64,000 nucleotides of DNA from a virus (lineage: Duplodnaviria > Caudoviricetes), in the IMG/VR virus record IMGVR_UViG_3300010388_000214, positions 1-64,000 of that record. One strand, given 5' to 3'. Below the pieces are notes generated by a model that was given only the letters and a program-made list of their open reading frames with translations, had not been told where the DNA came from and searched no databases. The stretch's first letter is position 1. Every line of letters starts with the position of its first letter. Positions 1 through 12,759 of this stretch are shown in pieces. The translations under genes and the position numbers were made by a program.

Positions 1-2
1 TG

Positions 3-452
3 CTGATTTCTCAGTCACGAAACAATATCTCTGCTATGTATACCTCACAGCAGCCCACTGGTGGACAAGCAACAAAGTTCTACTCGTCAACAGTTATCAA
101 ACTGTTCTCGTCTGAGTCCGATAACCAGGCGATTAAGGGCAAGATTCCTGTAGGAGACAAGCTTATCGAAGAGAAGATTGGTCGCAAGATTAACTGGGAT
201 TTACAGTTCTCTAAGACCTCTGCAGGTTTCCAGTCTGGCAGCTATGACTTCTACTTCAAAGGCCCTCAGATCGGCGTAGACGGCGTTGGAGACCTAGTTG
301 ACACCGCAGAGCTAGCAGGTATTGTAAACCGCACAGGGGCATGGTACATCGTTTCTGAGGACAAAAAAGTCCAGGGTAGAGAAGCATTCATTAACTATGT
401 TAAAGAGAATGAAGACTTCCGCAAGTCTATTGAGGAACAATTAAATGGCTAA
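3..452 (+). CDS. recA: RecA/UvsX-like recombinase, C-terminal part (5' end outside window)
   Basis: Open from base 3 (LISQSRNNISAMYT...); PTGGQATKFYSSTVIKL and GIVNRTGAWY...KVQGRE are RecA C-terminal motifs. Confidence 0.85.
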   Translation: MISQSRNNISAMYTSQQPTGGQATKFYSSTVIKLFSSESDNQAIKGKIPVGDKLIEEKIGRKINWDLQFSKTSAGFQSGSYDFYFKGPQIGVDGVGDLVDTAELAGIVNRTGAWYIVSEDKKVQGREAFINYVKENEDFRKSIEEQLNG

Positions 453-624
453 GTATGTAGTACATGCAGGATCATTCCCATGCCATGTTTGTCGTGTAGA
501 AGTTAAAACTATTAGACATTACCTAAGAGATAAGACTCTAACCTGGATGTGTCCAGATAGACACGTTTCAGAGGTAAGTCTTGAGACTAGAAAGTCGAGG
601 GCAGACTATGAGCGAGAAGAGTGA
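445..624 (+). CDS. small Zn-binding protein (59 aa, not in ORF track)
   Basis: MAKYVVHAGSFPCHVC...WMCPDRH; overlaps recA stop and next start. Confidence 0.65.
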   Translation: MAKYVVHAGSFPCHVCRVEVKTIRHYLRDKTLTWMCPDRHVSEVSLETRKSRADYEREE

Positions 625-895
625 GTCTAAGCGTATTGGTGCCAAGCAGCACAAGAACTCTGGTCGCAACACTCAAAAGGGTGATGCTACTTGGGAAAAC
701 TTTTGTGTTGACTTCAAAGAAGTAGGAAAGTCTTTTACTTTGAATAAAGAGGTTTGGGCTAAGGCCTGTACCGATGCAATAAAAAACAATGCAGACCCAG
801 CCATTATCGTGGTAATCGGTGAGGGTGCATACAAAACAAGACTAGCAGTGGTAGAGTTATCAATGTTAGAACAATTAGTTGAGGATACAAAATAA
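608..895 (+). CDS. PD-(D/E)XK Holliday-junction-resolvase-like nuclease
   Basis: SE...NSG...KGDA...VDFKE pattern; translationally coupled. Confidence 0.65.
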   Translation: MSEKSESKRIGAKQHKNSGRNTQKGDATWENFCVDFKEVGKSFTLNKEVWAKACTDAIKNNADPAIIVVIGEGAYKTRLAVVELSMLEQLVEDTK

Positions 896-1629
896 TGAAA
901 ATACTATTTCTAGACCTAGAAACAACACCTATGACAGCACATACCTGGGGTTTGTGGGACCAAAACATCTCGCTAAAGCAGATCCTAGCCTCTACGGAGG
1001 TCATGTGCTTTGGTGCACGTTGGTACGGTCAGAAGAAAGTTATCTTCAAGTCAGTACATCATGACGGCAAGCAGGAGATGCTTAATGAGATTCACAGACT
1101 TATGGACGAAGCTGATGCTGTTGTAGGGTGGAACTCTGCAGCATTTGACGTAAAGCACCTTAAGCGTGAATTCTTGGAGGCAGGAATGCTTCCTCACTCA
1201 CCCACCAAGGACATTGACCTCATGACTGTTGTCAAGTCACAGTTCAAGTTCCCATCCAACAAGCTTGATTATGTAGCACAACGCCTAGGTGTTGGTGCAA
1301 AGGTTGAGCACTCAGGGTTCGATCTTTGGATTAAGTGCATGGCTGGCAATAACAAAGCATGGGCAGAGATGAAGAAGTACCAGATTCAGGATGTTAATCT
1401 ACTTATTGATCTGTACGAGAAGCTTCTTCCCTGGATCAATTCTCACCCAACTGTTGGTATGTACGAGAACATTGATGATGCTTGCCCCAACTGTGGCTCT
1501 CAGAATCTACGTCCAGAAGGTGTCTACGTAGGCACTACAGGCTCCTACGACAAGTTCCAGTGCAACGATTGTGGCAAGTGGGTTAAGTCAAGCAAGAGTA
1601 ATCTTACAAGCAAAACTAGCGGTATCTAG
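895..1629 (+). CDS. RNase H-fold/DnaQ-like 3'-5' exonuclease with C-terminal Zn ribbon
   Basis: FLDLET, GWNSAAFD, YQIQDV; CPNCGS...CNDCG. Confidence 0.85.
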   Translation: MKILFLDLETTPMTAHTWGLWDQNISLKQILASTEVMCFGARWYGQKKVIFKSVHHDGKQEMLNEIHRLMDEADAVVGWNSAAFDVKHLKREFLEAGMLPHSPTKDIDLMTVVKSQFKFPSNKLDYVAQRLGVGAKVEHSGFDLWIKCMAGNNKAWAEMKKYQIQDVNLLIDLYEKLLPWINSHPTVGMYENIDDACPNCGSQNLRPEGVYVGTTGSYDKFQCNDCGKWVKSSKSNLTSKTSGI

Positions 1630-1651
1630 TCGAAAGTGGTATACTAAGGTA

Positions 1652-1966
1652 ATGGAAACAACAGTAGAAAACAAATCAACACTAGAAATGATTAACGGTT
1701 TAAGTGAAATTGCAGATTATATGGAGGATGAAGAACTCACTTCTGCACTTACTATGATCGCTAAGCTAATAATTAAACCAGATATTCCTCTGCAAGTTGC
1801 TACAGTCGAGATTGTTCGACTACAAGCAATTGCTGCCAAGATGTCGTTCAAGGCAACTTGGCTTACCAACGTAGACAAGGGAGACAGAGCGAAGAAGAAT
1901 ATCTACTATACTGCTGCAGAATCTGTAAACAATTTGGTTTCGGCACTTAAGTATATTACTCGCTAA
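1652..1966 (+). CDS. hypothetical protein (leaderless)
   Basis: ORF with TGGTATACT extended -10 six nt before the ATG. Confidence 0.7.
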   Translation: METTVENKSTLEMINGLSEIADYMEDEELTSALTMIAKLIIKPDIPLQVATVEIVRLQAIAAKMSFKATWLTNVDKGDRAKKNIYYTAAESVNNLVSALKYITR

Positions 1967-1969
1967 GGT

Positions 1970-2773
1970 ATGACTATGAAAAATTTACTAACACAGGTAA
2001 TGGAAAAGCCAGTAGACAAGAAGATCACAGAAGCTTTTAGCACTGAGGGTCTTGTTGAGGCTATCCAGCACGGTTACATTGCAAAGCGTGGACCAAAGCA
2101 CCAGCAGAAGAAGACATTTGCTCCTTCTACTATTGCCTATGGACACGGAGAATGTGCTCGTTACTGGTACCTTGCATTTGACGGGGGTACATTCGAGGAC
2201 AACGCAGATGCATTTGCAGGTGCCAATATGACTAATGGTACTCTGTCTCACAATAGAATCCAGGCAGCTATGGCTGATGCTGGAATCCTCAAGGATGCAG
2301 AGTTTAAGATTATCAACAATGACCCACCCATCTTTGGATACGGTGACGTCATTCTTGACTGGGAAGGCGAAGAACTTCTCGGTGAAATTAAGACTATGAT
2401 GAATGAGGGCTTCGAGTATCGCAAGATGAATCGTAAGCCAAAGCCTGGACACTTGATCCAGCTACTTATTTACATGAAGATTCTACAGAAGCGTAAGGCT
2501 GTTCTTATCTATGAGAATAAGAACAACCACGAACTACTTGTGCTTCCAGTAGAAATTAATGACTATTACATTAAGTGGGTAAATGATGCATTCGAATGGA
2601 TGCGAACAGTCCGTAAGGCATGGGTCGACAGAACCCTACCAGAAAAGACTTATCGCTCAAATTCGAAAATCTGTAAGAACTGTCCTTTGAGCAAGGTCTG
2701 TGCAGATGCAGGTTCGGGAGATGTAAGAATAAATCGCCTGGAGCCTATCGATGAAAACATGTCAATGGTGTGA
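1970..2773 (+). CDS. Cas4-like PD-(D/E)XK exonuclease
   Basis: ECAR, GTLSH, GYGD, GEIKT, QLLIY, CKNCPLSKVC Fe-S cysteines. Confidence 0.85.
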   Translation: MTMKNLLTQVMEKPVDKKITEAFSTEGLVEAIQHGYIAKRGPKHQQKKTFAPSTIAYGHGECARYWYLAFDGGTFEDNADAFAGANMTNGTLSHNRIQAAMADAGILKDAEFKIINNDPPIFGYGDVILDWEGEELLGEIKTMMNEGFEYRKMNRKPKPGHLIQLLIYMKILQKRKAVLIYENKNNHELLVLPVEINDYYIKWVNDAFEWMRTVRKAWVDRTLPEKTYRSNSKICKNCPLSKVCADAGSGDVRINRLEPIDENMSMV

Positions 2774-3038
2774 TGCAGCTTTTGATCCAAAAGTAAGCTA
2801 TCAAATTTATTGCTCTGAGCAGTGCAGAGATTCTGCAACTAAAGAGAAGATCACGCAAAGATACGCAATTGCAAGACGCAATAAGATGATGTCAAAGCCA
2901 AAGCTTTGTAAGAGCTGCAACAAACCGCTATCTGTTTATAATGATGACCTACTGTGCTCTTCTTGTGTAGTTAATCCAAAAGATGTTTCTAGAACTCTTA
3001 GAGAGATGAAAGGCCTTGCTAATGGAAAAGATAAGTAA
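2751..3038 (+). CDS. Zn-finger protein
   Basis: CQWC, YCSEQC, CKSC, CSSC. Confidence 0.7.
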   Translation: MKTCQWCDAAFDPKVSYQIYCSEQCRDSATKEKITQRYAIARRNKMMSKPKLCKSCNKPLSVYNDDLLCSSCVVNPKDVSRTLREMKGLANGKDK

Positions 3039-3576
3039 GTTTGTTTCAATTGATGCAAACAGCACTAGCATTGCCTTCGCTATCTGGTCTGATGATAACT
3101 TAACTAGTTATGGAAAGATATCTTGGGCAGGTAAGACTAACTATGAAAAGGTACAGCAGGCCTCTCAGGTAGTTCGTGATTTCTTTAATTACTACAAAGA
3201 CATAGACACGGTAGTTATCGAGCACACCGTATTTATGAATAGCCCTAAGACCGCTGCTGATCTAGCCCTGGTTCAGGGTGCTATTCTAGGAGCGATGTCT
3301 TTAGCAGGGGTAGAGACAATTAAGTCCACCAACCCAATTGCATGGCAAACCTTTATTAAGAATGGTAGACTTACTACACCAGAGAAACAGCTTATTCGTA
3401 ATGAGTTTCCTGGAAGATCTGATGCTTGGTATAAAAACAAGGAGCGAGAGTTCCGTAAACAAAGAACAATTAAGTTTGTTAGTGATCGATACAAAAAGAA
3501 CATTAGCGATAACGATGTTGCTGATGCTGTTGGTATTGGACACTACGCTATCTTTAACTGGGAAAAATTGGGTTGA
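3022..3576 (+). CDS. RuvC-like resolvase
   Basis: VSIDANS, VVIE, DNDVADAVGIG acidic residues of the RuvC fold. Confidence 0.75.
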   Translation: MEKISKFVSIDANSTSIAFAIWSDDNLTSYGKISWAGKTNYEKVQQASQVVRDFFNYYKDIDTVVIEHTVFMNSPKTAADLALVQGAILGAMSLAGVETIKSTNPIAWQTFIKNGRLTTPEKQLIRNEFPGRSDAWYKNKEREFRKQRTIKFVSDRYKKNISDNDVADAVGIGHYAIFNWEKLG

Positions 3577-3587
3577 CAAGGAGAGCT

Positions 3588-3743
3588 ATGGCTGCTAAAC
3601 TATATACTAACAAGGCTTGGCTGACCAAGCGTTATTTAATGGACAAGAAAACTCCAGAAGAAATTGCTAAGGAATGCGGAGCTTCTGTAGAAACCATTTA
3701 TGTCTATTTGGCAAAACACGGATTAAGGAAAAGTAAACGGTGA
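3588..3743 (+). CDS. small HTH DNA-binding protein (51 aa, not in ORF track)
   Basis: AAGGAG SD; LYTNKAWLTKRY...TPEEIAKECGASVETIYVYL. Confidence 0.75.
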   Translation: MAAKLYTNKAWLTKRYLMDKKTPEEIAKECGASVETIYVYLAKHGLRKSKR

Positions 3744-4027
3744 GTAACAGAAAACTAGAAGAGGCACTGGCCAAGCGTGAAGAGCAGGACATTCTGCGTG
3801 GACTACACGACCGTGGCCAGGACATGGTCAATCATCCAAAGCACTACACATCGGATCCTTCTGGTGTAGAGGCTATTGAGATTACTCGTCACCGTAACTT
3901 TAACATTGGTAATGCCATCAAATACCTATGGCGTGCTGGTCTCAAAGACGAGCAGAAGACCATTGAAGACCTTAAGAAGGCTATCTTTTATATTAGTGAT
4001 GAAATTAACCGTTTGGAGAACATGTAA
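3740..4027 (+). CDS. DUF3310 family (T7 gp1.7-like nucleotide kinase)
   Basis: DMVNHPKHY, GNAIKYLWRAGLK, EDLKKA.FY. Confidence 0.85.
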   Translation: MSNRKLEEALAKREEQDILRGLHDRGQDMVNHPKHYTSDPSGVEAIEITRHRNFNIGNAIKYLWRAGLKDEQKTIEDLKKAIFYISDEINRLENM

Positions 4028-4347
4028 TGGCACGTCCTAAAAAGTTTATAATTCCAGAGATTGCACGCAAGTACGTGCGAGAAGACTCTGTTACCCTTGA
4101 GGATGGCAACGTTATTGAGCGTGGAGACATGTTTAAAATTAAGGGCAAGAACAGTTTTGGTATTGGTGAGTGGGGTCTTATGTTTAAGTTTGACCACCTA
4201 GTTACTAATACAGAAAACGGTAAAGTCTACGTAGAATGTTTTGAGATGTTCCGTGGCAAAGCTGGGGTAATGCGAGCATTCCCAGTAGACCGTATCAAGC
4301 GTATTCCAAAGAAGAGGAGCAAGCGTGTCAGAACCAGCACTAGTTGA
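4027..4347 (+). CDS. hypothetical protein
   Basis: Coupled ORF in operon. Confidence 0.7.
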   Translation: MARPKKFIIPEIARKYVREDSVTLEDGNVIERGDMFKIKGKNSFGIGEWGLMFKFDHLVTNTENGKVYVECFEMFRGKAGVMRAFPVDRIKRIPKKRSKRVRTSTS

Positions 4348-4855
4348 ACATCTAGACCAGATGAACAAGATCGTTTCCAAGTACCTAGAGGGCAACGATC
4401 CTACAAAGATTTCTAAAGAGCTATCGCTCCCACGACAGAAGGTAGTAGCCTACCTGGAAGAGTGGAAAGTTATGGCATCTAACAATGCTGCTATCCGTGA
4501 ACGTGCACGTGAGGCACTGGTAGCTGCAGATACACACTATAATAAATTGATTAGTCAAACATACGAGGTAATTGATGACGCCACTACTCAGGCTAATCTT
4601 GGTGCTAAGACTACTGCTATCAAGCTTGTACTTGATATTGAGTCACGTCGCATTGACATGCTACAGAAAGCTGGCCTTCTGGAAAACAAAGAGCTTGCAG
4701 AAGAAATGATTGAGATTGAGAACCGACAGGATATCCTGATGAACATTCTTAAAGACATTGCTGCTGAGCACCCAGAGGTTCGTGACAAGATTATGCGTCG
4801 TCTATCTGAGGCATCTAGAAAGAATGAGACCATTACGGTAGTACACGATGTTTGA
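4325..4855 (+). CDS. probable terminase small subunit
   Basis: N-terminal HTH, helical body, directly upstream of and overlapping terL. Confidence 0.6.
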   Translation: MSEPALVEHLDQMNKIVSKYLEGNDPTKISKELSLPRQKVVAYLEEWKVMASNNAAIRERAREALVAADTHYNKLISQTYEVIDDATTQANLGAKTTAIKLVLDIESRRIDMLQKAGLLENKELAEEMIEIENRQDILMNILKDIAAEHPEVRDKIMRRLSEASRKNETITVVHDV

Positions 4856-6629
4856 TGATTTTTTAGAGGCACTCAAAGATAACCACTTTGCTGAAACACC
4901 AGTAGATGTGAAGACATTTGTAGAGGGCGAAGCCTACCTAGGACAGCCACAGCTCTCTGATATTCAGTATGACATTGTGCAAGCAATGAGTCAGATCTAT
5001 AAGCTAGAGGACCTCCAGGAGCTTATGGGGACAGCTGAGGGTGCAGCATACTACAAGAAGTACACCAAGAATGAACTGATTCTTCAGCTTGGCAAGGGTA
5101 GCGGTAAGGACTTCGTGTCTACCGTAGCGTGTGCATATGTAGTGTACAAACTCCTATGCCTTAAGGACCCAGCTCGTTACTACGGAAAACCATCTGGCGA
5201 TGCTATCGATATTATTAACGTGGCTATTAACGCACAACAGGCAAAGAACGTGTTCTTCAAAGGCTTTAAGACTAAGATTGAGAAATCTCCATGGTTTGCT
5301 GGAAAGTTCTATTCTAAGGCAGACTCCATCGAGTTCGATCATGCCATCACCGTTTACTCTGGTCACTCTGAACGAGAGTCCCACGAGGGTCTGAACCTCC
5401 TCATGGCGGTTCTTGACGAGATCTCTGGTTTTGCCTCTGAGGTTGGTACTGGTAATGAGCAGGGCAAGACTGCTGACAACATCTACAAAGCCTTCCGTGC
5501 ATCTGTAGACTCACGTTTCCCAGACCTAGGCAAGGTAGCTCTCCTATCATTCCCACGTTACCCTGGTGACTTCATTTCGCAGCGGTATGACGATGTAATT
5601 CTAGACAAAGAAGTAATCACTAAGACTCATAAGTTTATTATGAATGACGAGCTTCCAGAAGACATGGAGGGCAATAGTCTGGAGATTACGTGGGATGAAG
5701 ACGTTATCCTTAACTATAAGTATCCAGGCATGTTTGCAATCAAGCGTCCTACCTGGGTAGTTAACCCTACCCGTAAGATTGACGACTTTAAGCTTGCCTT
5801 CTACACAGACCTGGGTGATGCCATGCAGCGTTTTGCCTGTGTACCTACCTATAGCTCTGACGCATTCTTTAAGCAGGTAGACAAGGTTAAGTCTTGTATG
5901 ACTCTTCGCAACCCTATCGACAGCAACAAATCATTTGATGAAACGTTTGTGCCAGATCCAGAGAAGACTTACTACGTTCATGCTGACCTTGCACAGCTTC
6001 ACGATAAGTGTGCGGTAGCAATTGCTCACGTAGAGAAATGGGTAAATATCCAGGTAGTTAAAGACTACCAGCAAGTAGCACCTATCGTAGTAGTAGATGC
6101 AGTTGTGTGGTGGGAGCCAAAGATTGAAGGTCCTGTAAACCTTTCCGAGGTTAAGCAGTGGATTCAAAACTTAAGGCGACAAGGTTTCAACATAGGCATG
6201 GTCAGCTTTGACCGTTGGCAATCATTCGATATCCAGAATGAACTGAAGCAGGTGGGTATGAGAACTGAGACTGTTTCTGTTGCCAAGAAACATTACGAAG
6301 ACATGGCTATGCTTGTCTACGAAGAGCGACTGGCTATGCCTATGATTGATCTTTTGTTTGAAGAGCTAACAGAGCTTAAGATTATGAAGCAGAACCGAGT
6401 AGACCACCCTCGCAAGAAATCTAAAGACCTTGCGGATGCTGTGTGTGGTGCCATCTTTGGTGCTATCTCTCACACCCCAAAGAATATAAACCAGCAGGTG
6501 GAAATCCATACATTTAGGGATAAATCTAAACAGATAACTTTGAATCCTCAAGATAATGTGATAGAATTAAAACCTAAGCCGATGCCAGACGATGTCAAGG
6601 AATACCTTGGCCGCTTCGATCTAATTTAG
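4848..6629 (+). CDS. terL: terminase large subunit
   Basis: LGKGSGKD Walker A, AVLDE Walker B, HADLA..HD and KDLADA nuclease motifs. Confidence 0.9.
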   Translation: MFDDFLEALKDNHFAETPVDVKTFVEGEAYLGQPQLSDIQYDIVQAMSQIYKLEDLQELMGTAEGAAYYKKYTKNELILQLGKGSGKDFVSTVACAYVVYKLLCLKDPARYYGKPSGDAIDIINVAINAQQAKNVFFKGFKTKIEKSPWFAGKFYSKADSIEFDHAITVYSGHSERESHEGLNLLMAVLDEISGFASEVGTGNEQGKTADNIYKAFRASVDSRFPDLGKVALLSFPRYPGDFISQRYDDVILDKEVITKTHKFIMNDELPEDMEGNSLEITWDEDVILNYKYPGMFAIKRPTWVVNPTRKIDDFKLAFYTDLGDAMQRFACVPTYSSDAFFKQVDKVKSCMTLRNPIDSNKSFDETFVPDPEKTYYVHADLAQLHDKCAVAIAHVEKWVNIQVVKDYQQVAPIVVVDAVVWWEPKIEGPVNLSEVKQWIQNLRRQGFNIGMVSFDRWQSFDIQNELKQVGMRTETVSVAKKHYEDMAMLVYEERLAMPMIDLLFEELTELKIMKQNRVDHPRKKSKDLADAVCGAIFGAISHTPKNINQQVEIHTFRDKSKQITLNPQDNVIELKPKPMPDDVKEYLGRFDLI

Positions 6630-6636
6630 GAGAGAG

Positions 6637-7012
6637 ATGTTAGATGTAGTTTACTACTCCAACAGGTCTGGCAACACTAAGCGTTTTGTTGAAAAGCTGG
6701 GGTACGAAAGTATCTACTCAGTATCAGAATTACCATTAGCCACCAAAGAGTATGTACTTTTTGTACCCACTTACGGAGGAGGCGAAGGTGAATACGCAGT
6801 GCCAAGGCCAGTAGCAAAGTTCCTGAATGTTCAAACAAACAGAGATCTTATGCGTGGCGTTGTAGGTTTTGGAAATACAAACTTTGGTGAGCACTACTGC
6901 AAAGCAGCAGAACTAATTGTTGCAAAAACAGGTGTGCCACTTTTAGCAAAAATAGAACTTCTGGGTACTCCAGAAGACGTACAACTAGTACAGGAAAGGT
7001 TGAGGAAACTAA

Positions 7013-7035
<23 letters not shown>
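6637..7035 (+). CDS. nrdI: class Ib RNR flavodoxin NrdI
   Basis: [32 protein letters not shown]. Confidence 0.95.
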
Positions 7036-10088
<3,053 letters not shown>

Positions 10089-10089
<1 letters not shown>

Positions 10090-10262
10090 TGGCTAAAGAA
10101 ATTGACTTCGACGAATGGGTCGAAATCGGTACAACAAAGGGTTGGATCACTCCGCCTTTCTGCAACACTCATGACGGTGATCCGTATATGACTGATGAAG
10201 AAATGCAAGAGTGGGAAGACGGTGGGGACCCCTGCTGCCCTGTATTTAAGATTATTCAGTAG
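10089..10262 (+). CDS. hypothetical protein
   Basis: Coupled ORF with CNTHDG...GDPC motif. Confidence 0.65.
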
Positions 10263-10270
10263 GGGGTCTA

Positions 10271-10987
10271 GTGAAGATAACACTAACTCCATTTTCACAA
10301 ATGGCAGAGCTAGTCATTCCTGCACCACAAAAGGCATCTAACTTTTTGCCAGAGTGGTTTAAGAATGCACCCACGCATGAAGAAGGATATAACGGAAACA
10401 AGATATCCAGGACACATGCAGGAGGCACTACAGCAACCATGAAGGGGTGTAATCCTCTTCTGGATACGTTGACTGGGGGCTACATTTTCCAGCTTGCAGC
10501 AGACGTTGAGTTCCACTTTGACGGGCACGAGTTTGTTCCTAGGTGGCTTGTGGACTTCCCACTAGTCTCTGGGCAGGGGCATTATCAATCTATAGGTTTG
10601 CCTCGTCCAGATGAAAGGTCATACACTTCTTGGAAGTGGGTTGCTGGATGGAAGATGAATACTCCAAAGGGGTATAGCACTCTATTCACGCATCCGTTTA
10701 ATCGACATGACCTACCATTTAGAACATTCTCGGGTATTGTTGAGACTGATAAGTTTAGTATGCAAACAGACTTTCCTTTTCAGCTAATCTCAGATCCAGG
10801 CAAGGACCATGTTCTGATTAAAAAAGGTACACCAATCTGTCAAGCAATTCCGTTTAAGAGGGATAACTGGAAGTCAGAGATTGTAAAATATGACGACAAT
10901 AAAAGAACCAAGCAAATGTTTGATCTTTATTCTATTGCAGATAAGTCTTATCGCAATCAATTTTGGGAAAGAAAAACTTACAACTAG
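10271..10987 (+). CDS. conserved phage protein, possible dUTPase-like fold
   Basis: TPKGYS.LF.HP.N...PF...SGIVETD, IKKGTPICQ.IPFKR; apparent paralog at 41234-41977. Confidence 0.6.
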   Translation: MKITLTPFSQMAELVIPAPQKASNFLPEWFKNAPTHEEGYNGNKISRTHAGGTTATMKGCNPLLDTLTGGYIFQLAADVEFHFDGHEFVPRWLVDFPLVSGQGHYQSIGLPRPDERSYTSWKWVAGWKMNTPKGYSTLFTHPFNRHDLPFRTFSGIVETDKFSMQTDFPFQLISDPGKDHVLIKKGTPICQAIPFKRDNWKSEIVKYDDNKRTKQMFDLYSIADKSYRNQFWERKTYN

Positions 10988-10988
10988 C

Positions 10989-11018
10989 TTGACAAACAGC
11001 TAAGACTGTGAGTATAAT
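10989..11018 (+). promoter_or_regulatory. consensus SigA promoter for tRNA cluster
   Basis: TTGACA-N18-TATAAT. Confidence 0.8.
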
Positions 11019-11072
11019 TGAATAGTATCATCACCTAGCATCACTCAACGATATTCACTGGTGGTGGTATAT

Positions 11073-11144
11073 TGCTCCATAGCTCAACGGCAGAGCAGGA
11101 AGCTGTTAACTTCAAGGTTCCTGGTTCGAATCCAGGTGGGGCAG
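11073..11144 (+). tRNA. tRNA-Asn(GTT)
   Basis: Cloverleaf; anticodon loop CTGTTAA; GGTTCGAATCC T arm; no encoded CCA. Confidence 0.92.
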
Positions 11145-11335
11145 CGAATAACTAAATAGCGTATAAGTTTACTCTAGGTCTCTGAACAATACCTAGAGAA
11201 AATGATGCAACCGAAACTATCGTTGCTGCTTCCATTCGGATAGCCGTTCAGGGCGAGTCCACTAAGGGGGTATGCTAGGTTGTACAGCCATTGGGTGTTT
11301 CGCATAGGCTTAATCCTGTCCCACGAATGGCACTT

Positions 11336-11409
11336 GGCCCTATAGCTCAGTTGGTTAGAGCGTCTGCCTGTCACGTAGAAGGTCGCCAGTTCAAGTCTGG
11401 TTAGGGTCG
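11336..11409 (+). tRNA. tRNA-Asp(GTC)
   Basis: GGCCCTA/TAGGGTC acceptor; loop CTGTCAC; GTTCAAGT T loop. Confidence 0.92.
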
Positions 11410-11480
11410 CAATAGGTAAGAATGATCAGCTTACCTGCCGACAGTCGGTCGCTCGTAGGGAAAGCGATACCCCTACTCTT

Positions 11481-11552
11481 GCCCCTATAGCTCAACGGTA
11501 GAGCACCTGTCTTGTAAACAGGAGGTTGTGATCTCGGAATTCACTGGGGGCC
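11481..11552 (+). tRNA. tRNA-Thr(TGT) with atypical T loop
   Basis: GCCCCTA/TGGGGGC acceptor, normal D arm, CCTGT-CTTGTAA-ACAGG; T arm GTGATCTCGGAATTCAC lacks TTCRA. Confidence 0.75.
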
Positions 11553-11566
11553 GAAAAGGAGGCTTT

Positions 11567-11746
11567 ATGCCAATCTATGAATACAAATGTATCGAATGTG
11601 ATACAAAATTAACATTAGTTAAATCAGCAGATGATCGTGATAAAGATCTTCCTGCATGTAAGTCTTGCAATTCAGATATAAAGCGTGTATACTCTAAAGT
11701 AGGAGTTGCCTTTAAGGGCAGCGGCTTTTATTCCACAGACAAGTAA
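11567..11746 (+). CDS. FmdB-family zinc-ribbon protein
   Basis: MPIYEYKCIEC...CKSC...FKGSGFYSTD; AGGAGG SD. Confidence 0.9.
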   Translation: MPIYEYKCIECDTKLTLVKSADDRDKDLPACKSCNSDIKRVYSKVGVAFKGSGFYSTDK

Positions 11747-11755
11747 GGGGTTGTT

Positions 11756-12007
11756 TTGACAACTGTGATTGAACCAGAAATTGTAGAAGAAGTAAAGACA
11801 CGGGTACTAACGCTTAATGATCGTTGCGATGCAAAAGCGTGTGGTGCTGCAGCTCTTGTAAAGGTTTCTGGGGTATCTGGAGAGCTACTCTTTTGTGGAC
11901 ACCACTACAATAAGGCAGAAGACTCTGAGGCCATGAAGAAGTTTGCGTTTGAGATCATTGACGAACGCTGGTCAATGCAAGGCGAGAACCGCCTTAAGGG
12001 GGACTAA
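11756..12007 (+). CDS. actinobacterial-type small Zn-binding protein
   Basis: DRCD..CGA.A...LLFCGHH. Confidence 0.7.
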   Translation: MTTVIEPEIVEEVKTRVLTLNDRCDAKACGAAALVKVSGVSGELLFCGHHYNKAEDSEAMKKFAFEIIDERWSMQGENRLKGD

Positions 12008-12333
12008 TGTCTAGACACAATGACATGCTTGAAGAAATGATTCTGGCAGGTGCTGCAGAGGTAGCTGGTATTGATGATAACGGTGAGCTTACCTATAGCT
12101 TTACCAAAAAGATGCCAGACCTTTATCCAGAACTTGCTCAAACTATTGAGGCTGGAATCTATAGTCACTTCCTTGTTCTTTGGGAAAAAGGTTTTGTAGA
12201 TATTACAATGGCAGACGATGACCCCGTAGTAACCCTAACTGAAAAGTCTAGGGACTTGACAGAGCTAAGTAAGCTAACCGATCACCAGCAGCTTATTATG
12301 CAAAACATTATTGAATACTTTTCTGAAGAGTAG
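12007..12333 (+). CDS. hypothetical protein
   Basis: Coupled ORF. Confidence 0.7.
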   Translation: MSRHNDMLEEMILAGAAEVAGIDDNGELTYSFTKKMPDLYPELAQTIEAGIYSHFLVLWEKGFVDITMADDDPVVTLTEKSRDLTELSKLTDHQQLIMQNIIEYFSEE

Positions 12334-12345
12334 TATAATTAACTG

Positions 12346-12759
12346 ATGGAGTTTTTTGTTGGTGCAATAATTACCCTAGTTGCAATAGTTGTAACCAGGA
12401 AGTTTATTGTGCGAGACATTGAGAATAAAAATAAAATAGATATTGTTTATAGTCAATCAAATGTATATGAGCTTATCAGACCTTTTATTCCAGACAGCCT
12501 AATCAGGCAGCTAGCCCCAAGCCAAAGTAGTAAGCACTACGACAAGATCTTTACCAAAATTTTGGTGGTAGATGAAATGGCTTACTGGATTAAAGAGAAC
12601 ACATTCTATAGTGCAAGCCTTGTGGATGGCAATGTGGACAAGGCAACAGCTAAGCCAGTTGACACAATGGCTATGGACAAGGTACAATTAGATAAGATGA
12701 TTAATATCATTGAAACTTTAACGAAGGGCAACTTTAATGATTATAGGAATTCAGGGTAG
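12346..12759 (+). CDS. membrane-anchored hypothetical protein
   Basis: N-terminal TM segment; TATAAT six nt upstream. Confidence 0.7.
   Translation: MEFFVGAIITLVAIVVTRKFIVRDIENKNKIDIVYSQSNVYELIRPFIPDSLIRQLAPSQSSKHYDKIFTKILVVDEMAYWIKENTFYSASLVDGNVDKATAKPVDTMAMDKVQLDKMINIIETLTKGNFNDYRNSG

Noticed and set aside
1970-2773. Cas4-like gene as evidence of a CRISPR-Cas system
   Set aside because: No other cas genes and no repeat-spacer array; stand-alone Cas4-like exonucleases are common in phage replication modules
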